Shown: piece by piece, positions 47,457 to 53,624 of the stretch
Numbering within the stretch: the first letter of the stretch is position 1
Layout: each line of letters begins with the position of its first letter
Source: Parcubacteria group bacterium GW2011_GWA2_42_14
Lineage (GTDB): Bacteria > Patescibacteriota > Minisyncoccia > Sungbacterales > GWA2-42-14
Length of the DNA: 53,624 bases
Direction: 5' to 3'
NCBI GenBank assembly: GCA_000998135.1
Contig: LCCV01000006.1
Span: 1 to 53,624, forward strand
The notes under the pieces: generated by a model
The model's input: the letters and a program-made list of their open reading frames with translations, nothing else
Databases searched by the model: none
What the model was told of the DNA's origin: nothing
Translations under genes and position numbers: made by a program

Positions 47457-48041
47457 ATGGATATTCTTTTCAAAATTGATACACAAATTTTACTCTGGTT
47501 CAACTCCTGGGTTGGATGGTACGACTGGGTTGACATAACAATCGTTTTTCGGGTAGAGATACTTCCTTATTTTTTCATTGCGGGACTCATGTTTTTTGCC
47601 GTTTTTTACAAAAACGAGGAACAAAAAATCAAAAATAGGTTAATAATTTTGGAAGCATTGGCCGCAGGTTTAATTTCTCGTTACGTTATTACCGAAACAA
47701 TACGATTTCTTTACAATCGTCCGCGCCCCTTTGAGGCCGTGGAGGGACTTAATCAACTGCTCCAGCACTTGCCCGGATATTCTTTTCCCTCTGGACACGC
47801 GACGTTTTATTTCGCGCTTGCCGCAACAATATTTCTTTACCACAAAAAAGCCGGCATCTTATTTCTTTTTGCCGCGTTTCAGTTAACCCTAACCAGAATC
47901 GCCATAGGATTTCATTGGCCGTCGGATATTTTAGCGGGGGCAATTCTTGGAATTACCATATCTCTCGTTGTCCACTATCTAGAAAAATATACTCCTTACG
48001 GTTTTAAAAAAATATTTATTGATATTCTCAAAAAATATTAA
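47457..48041 (+). CDS. PAP2-family phosphatase (undecaprenyl-PP phosphatase-like)
   Basis: RPRP, SFPSGH, RIAIGFHWPSD. Confidence 0.92.
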   Translation: MDILFKIDTQILLWFNSWVGWYDWVDITIVFRVEILPYFFIAGLMFFAVFYKNEEQKIKNRLIILEALAAGLISRYVITETIRFLYNRPRPFEAVEGLNQLLQHLPGYSFPSGHATFYFALAATIFLYHKKAGILFLFAAFQLTLTRIAIGFHWPSDILAGAILGITISLVVHYLEKYTPYGFKKIFIDILKKY

Positions 48042-48106
48042 AAAGAACGGCCTGACAAAGGCCGTTACTTCAAAAATTTTTATCATACGAAAAAATGGCT
48101 AATTTT

Positions 48107-48331
48107 CTAACCCGCCAAGACCAAGATGATCGCTACCACTAAAATAATCGGAGAAAAAAGAACTACCAACATCATAAACGGTATCACAACCATTGCCGCC
48201 AGATAATAATGCGCAAAAGTCAGGTTTTCAGCATTTCCCCAACCGGGACCAAACTGAAACAAAACAAAAGGAATAACCGCATAAACCAGAACAAAAATAA
48301 GTGAACTAATAACCACCCACCTTTTATCCAT
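48107..48331 (-). CDS. Small membrane protein
   Basis: Two hydrophobic segments; own promoter. Confidence 0.6.
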   Translation of the reverse strand: MDKRWVVISSLIFVLVYAVIPFVLFQFGPGWGNAENLTFAHYYLAAMVVIPFMMLVVLFSPIILVVAIILVLAG

Positions 48332-48436
48332 TGCGTTTTTCCTTTTTTAAAGACCTTATCTACATAATACAATAAATCGTGAAAAAAACAAGGGTAAGCC
48401 AAAAAAATACCGTCCCGCTTTCAGCGGGACGCGTTT

Positions 48437-48829
48437 TTATTCAGGAGAAAATGATGTTCCACAGCCGCAACCTGATTTGGCATTGGGATTTTTAAAAACA
48501 AAACCGGCCTCAAGTCCGTGAAAAACATAATCAATGGCAGTACCGTTCAAATAAAGGTAGCTTTTAGCATCCACCACGATTTTAAATCCCCAATCAGCTC
48601 CCTTGCCTTCGGCAAGCATTTTTTCATTGGGAAAAATTTTATCATGCTTCTCTACTTCCGCATCAAGTTCAAGGATGTAACTTAACCCCGAACAACCGCC
48701 GCCCTTAACGCCGAACCTCAAAAAAATTTCTTTGTTAAAATTAGGGTCTTCAGCTTTACGCTTCTTTAAAAACCACTCAATTTCGCCTTTAACCTTATTT
48801 GCCGCCGCTTCGGTAACGTCAATCGCCAT
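48437..48829 (-). CDS. iscA: IscA/HesB A-type Fe-S carrier
   Basis: VTEAAA, GGGCSGLSY, FKNPNA..CGCGTSF. Confidence 0.93.
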   Translation of the reverse strand: MAIDVTEAAANKVKGEIEWFLKKRKAEDPNFNKEIFLRFGVKGGGCSGLSYILELDAEVEKHDKIFPNEKMLAEGKGADWGFKIVVDAKSYLYLNGTAIDYVFHGLEAGFVFKNPNAKSGCGCGTSFSPE

Positions 48830-49064
48830 TTTTGTTCTCCTTTCTTTTTGGGTTTTTACCGGTACCTCCGCAATGCTCGCAATTTACCGCCTGAAGATCT
48901 TGAGAATCGTGAACATCGGCCCATTGTTTCCCGCTACCCCCGCAAAAGGGGCACGTTTCCGTCTTTGGGTCCGCAATTTTACATACCAGCCAAAGCAAAA
49001 AAATAAAAACCGCAATGAAAATCGGAAACCACCATGCCCTAAGAAACAAAATAAAATCATTCAT
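48819..49064 (-). CDS. Small membrane protein with DnaJ-type Zn finger
   Basis: TM helix, then CPFCGGSG and CEHCGGTG; abuts iscU and overlaps iscA. Confidence 0.7.
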   Translation of the reverse strand: MNDFILFLRAWWFPIFIAVFIFLLWLVCKIADPKTETCPFCGGSGKQWADVHDSQDLQAVNCEHCGGTGKNPKRKENKNGD

Positions 49065-49454
49065 TTATTTTCCCTCCTTTTTGGCTCTATAGTCGGCAAT
49101 CGCCGCCTTAATCGCGTCTTCGGCTAAAACAGAACAATGAATTTTTACCGGCGGAAGCTTTAACTCATTAACAATATCGGTATTTTTAATTTTTTGAGCA
49201 TCTTCAACTGTTTTGCCCTTTAACCATTCGGTAGCAAGCGAAGAAGAAGCAATAGCCGAACCGCAACCAAACGTTTTGAATTTGGCATCTTCAATAATGC
49301 CCGTTTCCGGGTTTACCCTGATCTGGAGCTTCATGACATCTCCGCATTCGGGAGCGCCCACAAGACCCGTACCGACATTCTTCACGTCTTTAGGAAATGA
49401 ACCAACGTTCCGGGGATTACTATAGTGGTCAATAACCTTGTCGCTGTAAGCCAT
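49065..49454 (-). CDS. iscU: Fe-S scaffold IscU
   Basis: YSDKVIDHY.NPRNVG, GAPECGD, FGCGSAIASSS, LPPVKIHCS; AGGAGG RBS. Confidence 0.96.
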   Translation of the reverse strand: MAYSDKVIDHYSNPRNVGSFPKDVKNVGTGLVGAPECGDVMKLQIRVNPETGIIEDAKFKTFGCGSAIASSSLATEWLKGKTVEDAQKIKNTDIVNELKLPPVKIHCSVLAEDAIKAAIADYRAKKEGK

Positions 49455-49589
49455 TATTCACCTCCTTTTTTCCGTTCATTTTTTCATTTTCAATGAAACT
49501 GTAATTAACGATAGCAAACCAGACCAAAAAAGAAAAGACCGCGACATCGGTCAAGACACAAAAAAGCTCCTCGCGAAAATTCGGAAAGG

Positions 49590-49812
49590 CGGCGCTTGCC
49601 CGCCGAAGCCCCTGCCTGTGCCGTCGGCACGGCAGACAGGTCGGCGCAGGCAGAGAGCCGCACCGACTTGTCCGTCCGAATCTTTAGCGAAGAAGGATGA
49701 CAATTTTCCTTCGACTTTGCTCAGGATGATAAGCCTGGACTTCGGCCGAGCTCAGTTGAGGTCTCGAACCACAAGTTTTTCTTTGTTTACACTGAACTTG
49801 TCGAAGTGGCGG
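49590..49812. repeat. Cluster of REP-like palindromes
   Basis: CCTGCCTGTGCCG..CGGCAGACAGG, GTCCGTCCGAATCTTTAGCGAAGAAGGA, CCTTCGACTTTGCTCAGG, CACTGAACTTGTCGAAGTG. Confidence 0.7.
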
Positions 49813-49834
49813 CAAACTCTCCTACGAAAAGTTG

Positions 49835-50296
49835 TCAAAAAAGAAACACATAGAAAACGACGAGACCGACAGAAGAAAGTATCAATTCTACTTTTGTTCC
49901 CGAATAAAGCCATCCCCAATATTTAAATTTATTGAAAGGCACAAATGGTTTGTGCTCATAGCGCATCACCGAATCGAGCGCGATATGTAATAAAAGAAAA
50001 GCTGGGAAAATCCACCATCGTACAGGGAGCCAAAAAGATGAAATCAAAAAACCAATTATTATCCCCGCAAAAGTTCCAAACATAATTTCCTGTAGCCAGC
50101 TATGTTGTTTTGTGCCGTAAGTAATTTTCCGCTCTCGTAGAAAGTCCTTGATGTCTTGAGCCCATTTTCTATTTACAAAAACATGATCTATATCTACGCC
50201 GACGCCGGCAAGCAATGCCACATATAATTCCGGGGTCTCGATTGATAGGGCCTTACCGAACACCAATGTTCCTAAAATATGTGAGATAATTAGCAT
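49835..50296 (-). CDS. YdjM-like metal-dependent membrane hydrolase
   Basis: SH..G, DIDH, HSWL, LLHIALD motifs. Confidence 0.75.
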   Translation of the reverse strand: MLIISHILGTLVFGKALSIETPELYVALLAGVGVDIDHVFVNRKWAQDIKDFLRERKITYGTKQHSWLQEIMFGTFAGIIIGFLISSFWLPVRWWIFPAFLLLHIALDSVMRYEHKPFVPFNKFKYWGWLYSGTKVELILSSVGLVVFYVFLF

Positions 50297-50767
50297 AAAA
50301 GCTGTGAATTACAAAAATGAAATTATTCTTGAAAAATTTTATTTTCCTAAAATGCAGAATCGCCAACTGATTCCCCCAAAATCCAATACAAATTAGTCGC
50401 CGAGCCCTTCCTTTGTCAGGATAAACTCCGCGAGGCGAACCAAAACTCTTTGGCTTTTCCTACGTGGTGTATTTATACAACCACACTCGAACTCATTTTA
50501 TCAAGAATTGCTGAACGAAACCAGTCGCTTCGCCCCGCCGCCGCTCGCTAACGCTCGCCCCCACCAAAGAAAAGTTTTGTTTGCGGTTTTTGATTTGCGC
50601 GCGATCATTTTCTTTTAGAAGGAAAACAAAACTTTTCTTTGGTGTCCTGCCCTGAACGAGCAGGGCGGCGGGCTTGGCTTCTATTTTTTGCAAGAACACG
50701 GCGGAATTCCCCCCACACCCCCCTTCCGCCGTATTCTTGCGGGGACGGACGGGATTTTTGGCGACGA

Positions 50768-52099
50768 CTAAAATGTTCTGATTTCTCCCTTGAATAACCA
50801 ATCAGGAACTTCAACTGATTTCGTATTCCGATGATTCGCTAAAATAAGCCGGAGTGTCCGTATTGCTGTGTATGCCTGTTTTATCAATTTTTTCTGATCT
50901 TCATAAAATCTTAAATTCCATTCGTTTTTAAAATGAGAATGTGCGGGTTTAGAACGAAGACCGCGTATTTCACGAAAAGTTTTAAACATTTCATCTTTTG
51001 GCCCATGATCGGAAAATCTAACAGTCTTGTTAATCCAAATTTCCAATTTCCGAATAAGTTGATTATCAATCTTTTCCATAGTTTCGCCGTCCGAAAGATC
51101 AGATTCACTAATTTTATCTTTAAAAAATTCTTTATTTAAATTATCACTCATCATGCGATCTAATGTATGGCAGAATAGTTCATATTCCCGCAATGTCGGC
51201 AAGATGAGAAAGCCAAAATTTTCAGGTTTTTCATCGTATTCAAAAGTTTTGTTTATCAATGAAATCCCGCCAATTTTTTCTGACATTTCTTTTATAATCT
51301 CCAACTCTTTAAGAAACGCAGAAAAAATTGACTCTTTTTCGTAGAAATCTCCAAGAATAGACCTCCGAAATTCTGGGTGTAGCCGATATTTATAATATCC
51401 GCCCAGCATTTTTGCCTTCCAAATTTGCTGATGTTCCGGTGTCAATTTTGCCAAATCAGTAAGTAAAATAGCAACTGCGCGAATTCCACTATCCCCAAAA
51501 CCGAAGCCGAAATGCTCTATAAAAATTTGATCCGACGGATTAAGTAATTTTTCGTCCACATATATTATTGAACCGGTTATATCATCTGTCCGATATTTAT
51601 AGCGTGGGTCATTTCTATAAATTGCTAAAATACCAAGCTCAAAAAAATAGGGTCGCAACTGCCATTCACCCATCGCCAAGCGCAAAGTAAATGGCCGAGA
51701 AATATATTTTTTCCAATCCACTATATTTTTCAGGTGATCTGGTGCTGGATAAACACAGCAGCCAATTCCTTGAACAAATTTAATTTTAATATCTCCTTCA
51801 CCAAATGTTTCCGCACCTACTTCCGATTGTTTTATATGATCGTCAATTTGAAACTGGTGCAGCTTTTCAATTTGTTTTTCTATGGCTGGCGCAGGAAATG
51901 GTTTAATATGCGGATTTGGAATATCGCCCTCATAAATCAAATCGATCTTTCGATTCTTGATTAACGCAGTAATTTTTTCCTTAAATTTGTTTTCTAAAAG
52001 AGATGATTTTTTATATAAGTCCTCAATCGATATTCCATTGAAATCTCTTGAGTTAAGGTAGAAACTTGTTATCTCATTTAAAATGTTTTCCTTGTCCAT
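50768..52099 (-). CDS. Hypothetical protein with C-terminal RxxxxH (HEPN-like) motif
   Basis: 443 aa, co-oriented 9 bp after the HNH gene; IRGLRSKPAH in a helical C-terminus. Confidence 0.7.
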   Translation of the reverse strand: MDKENILNEITSFYLNSRDFNGISIEDLYKKSSLLENKFKEKITALIKNRKIDLIYEGDIPNPHIKPFPAPAIEKQIEKLHQFQIDDHIKQSEVGAETFGEGDIKIKFVQGIGCCVYPAPDHLKNIVDWKKYISRPFTLRLAMGEWQLRPYFFELGILAIYRNDPRYKYRTDDITGSIIYVDEKLLNPSDQIFIEHFGFGFGDSGIRAVAILLTDLAKLTPEHQQIWKAKMLGGYYKYRLHPEFRRSILGDFYEKESIFSAFLKELEIIKEMSEKIGGISLINKTFEYDEKPENFGFLILPTLREYELFCHTLDRMMSDNLNKEFFKDKISESDLSDGETMEKIDNQLIRKLEIWINKTVRFSDHGPKDEMFKTFREIRGLRSKPAHSHFKNEWNLRFYEDQKKLIKQAYTAIRTLRLILANHRNTKSVEVPDWLFKGEIRTF

Positions 52100-52108
52100 A
52101 AAGAGATT

Positions 52109-53218
52109 TCATATTCCAGATTTAGTTCGATTGTGTTCCTTGCATAGCATTTGGCAATTCTCTGCAATCGTTTTTCCACCCTCGTGCCAAGGCGTTATGT
52201 GATCAGCTTCCATTTCTGAAATATCCCACTTTATCTTTTCCTTTTTCTGCTTCTTACAGAACTGACAAATTCCATTTTGCCGTTCATACGCTTCGCGCTT
52301 CATCTTTTCGGTGAAAGCACGAATATTCAAAAATTTTTCATTTCTAGTTAAAACATATTCGTAAATACCGGATTTTTTGGTCACATCTTCGTCTTGCATT
52401 AACTCGGTTGTTTCCTTTTCCAGTTTCTTTGAATCAAATTTTTTATCTTTGAATTGGTTATACAACTCGCCCCACGGCACATTGTTCATTTCTCGGCGAT
52501 AATTCGGAAAAATCTTCCGCGTCCAAGTAATCACATCTTGGAAATAATCCCATAAATCGTCAGCATTTTTGTCATGTTGATGCTTGGCCATGTAATCTTC
52601 AATCTTGCCGTCATTTATCCACGAAAGCGCAGTTTCTAAATACTCCTGCCGTATCGGCGAGCCGCTCACTAATTGTCCGCCGTCATTTGCGAGTAAATAT
52701 GCGGCACAATTTGATTTGCTAAATTTCAATTTAGCGTCGGAAAGCCACGAGCCGGTATAAACTGCGTTACGAATTTCTTGGTCGGTCAATTTTTCTCCAG
52801 CGATGTTGATAACCCTGAACCAGTCCAGCCGTTCTTTGTCCGTGCCTTCACAAAAGTAAATCATCAATTCGTAATCCAAAATTTTATCCTGCTCCTCTTT
52901 GGTTAGATTATGAAAAAAGCGGTCGTTCAACGAAAAATCACCAGTAACATACTGCCCAATGCTGATGGTACGCTGTTGGCCGTCTAGCACTTCGTATCCG
53001 CCGTCATCCCTAATCATCCAATACATCACATTCAACGGAAAGCTGTTTTTGATAGTTTCTATCACGGCATTGCGTTGCTTTTCCTTGTACACAAACTCAC
53101 GCTGGTATTTTGGACGAATATCCAATTTGCCGCCATAAGCCACAACACCTTCTTCGGCACTGTCTTTGTAACTGGCAATTACTTTTCTGACTTTAATTTT
53201 ATGGAGATCAATTTTCAT
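52109..53218 (-). CDS. DUF262 (GmrSD N-terminal) + HNH endonuclease
   Basis: PKYQREFVY, VLDGQQR, FRVIN..G; C-terminal CQFC, EADHITPW.EGG.T..NCQMLC..HN. Confidence 0.92.
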   Translation of the reverse strand: MKIDLHKIKVRKVIASYKDSAEEGVVAYGGKLDIRPKYQREFVYKEKQRNAVIETIKNSFPLNVMYWMIRDDGGYEVLDGQQRTISIGQYVTGDFSLNDRFFHNLTKEEQDKILDYELMIYFCEGTDKERLDWFRVINIAGEKLTDQEIRNAVYTGSWLSDAKLKFSKSNCAAYLLANDGGQLVSGSPIRQEYLETALSWINDGKIEDYMAKHQHDKNADDLWDYFQDVITWTRKIFPNYRREMNNVPWGELYNQFKDKKFDSKKLEKETTELMQDEDVTKKSGIYEYVLTRNEKFLNIRAFTEKMKREAYERQNGICQFCKKQKKEKIKWDISEMEADHITPWHEGGKTIAENCQMLCKEHNRTKSGI

Positions 53219-53219
53219 A

Positions 53220-53624
53220 CTATTTTTTGCGTTTAATTAAAATGCGGTTGTATATTTTCCTTCCCCGAATAAGGGTAAGGCATCTATAACCAATCCATCT
53301 TGCAGAATTAGCTACACCCAGCATTTCAAATTGTTTTGGGTTATATTTATCAACAAACGTAATTGGAACGCCCATCACACCATTGTAATTCATTGGAATA
53401 TCAGAAACCTTGTCAATGTTTATGACATCGTAGTTGTCATACTTGGGAAATTCCTCTGGCGTATATTTTTTATACAACACGATATTCTCGTGTCGTTTAG
53501 TAGTATCAAGATTTGTAAACCACAAAATTCTTCCCATGCTGAAATATTTCACACCATTTACAATTTTCTTTCTTGATTCTGTAGAAATGTCGTAATCCAT
53601 CGGAACCTGAAACCATTTTGTGCC
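53220..53624 (-). CDS. EcoRI-family adenine methyltransferase, C-terminal part (open at the window edge)
   Basis: WFTNLD, KYDNYDVINI, DIPMNYNGVMGVPITF.DKYNP.QF, YNRILIK; frame stays open to 53624. Confidence 0.88.
   Translation of the reverse strand, partial: GTKWFQVPMDYDISTESRKKIVNGVKYFSMGRILWFTNLDTTKRHENIVLYKKYTPEEFPKYDNYDVINIDKVSDIPMNYNGVMGVPITFVDKYNPKQFEMLGVANSARWIGYRCLTLIRGRKIYNRILIKRKK

Noticed and set aside
50493-50814. ORFs 50493-50801 and 50605-50814
   Set aside because: Translations of a structured repeat tract that overlap the upstream gene end

Overview
AT-rich bacterial chromosome segment that reads like a Patescibacteria/CPR (Parcubacteria-type) genome. This is inferred from the truncated Mfd, the CPR-type bS21 and the many small coiled-coil and orphan genes; TGA is used as a normal stop. 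The housekeeping backbone includes nrdJ, ftsZ, ftsA, ybeY, yqeY, rpsU, HIT, hisS, lepB, pth, mfd, dprA, topA, yvcK, tsaC, dcd, a deoxynucleoside kinase, glyA, folD and iscU/iscA. Three accessory zones interrupt it. (1) A ~4.7 kb block between rpsU and yqeY carries a three-gene RelE/HigB toxin - XRE antitoxin with C-terminal tail - DUF6941-like operon behind a perfect 28-bp operator, plus a NYN RNase whose 3' end is overlapped by an antisense promoter and hairpin RNA. (2) An ~11 kb MoxR/DUF58/BatD-like/2xVWA cluster has two secreted paralogs and an HtrA with a second protease-like domain. (3) A right-edge defence cluster holds an EcoRI-family methylase, DUF262-HNH and an RxxxxH protein. The non-coding DNA is highly structured: 7-nt-period hairpins, REP-like palindromes (some inserted in frame in conserved genes), a recurring TTATTCGYRCGAATAA palindrome linked to an ArsR gene, long rod-like leader RNAs, and a recurring TTGACA-promoter + boxA-like motif. 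All calls come from motif recognition by eye; no database searches were run.
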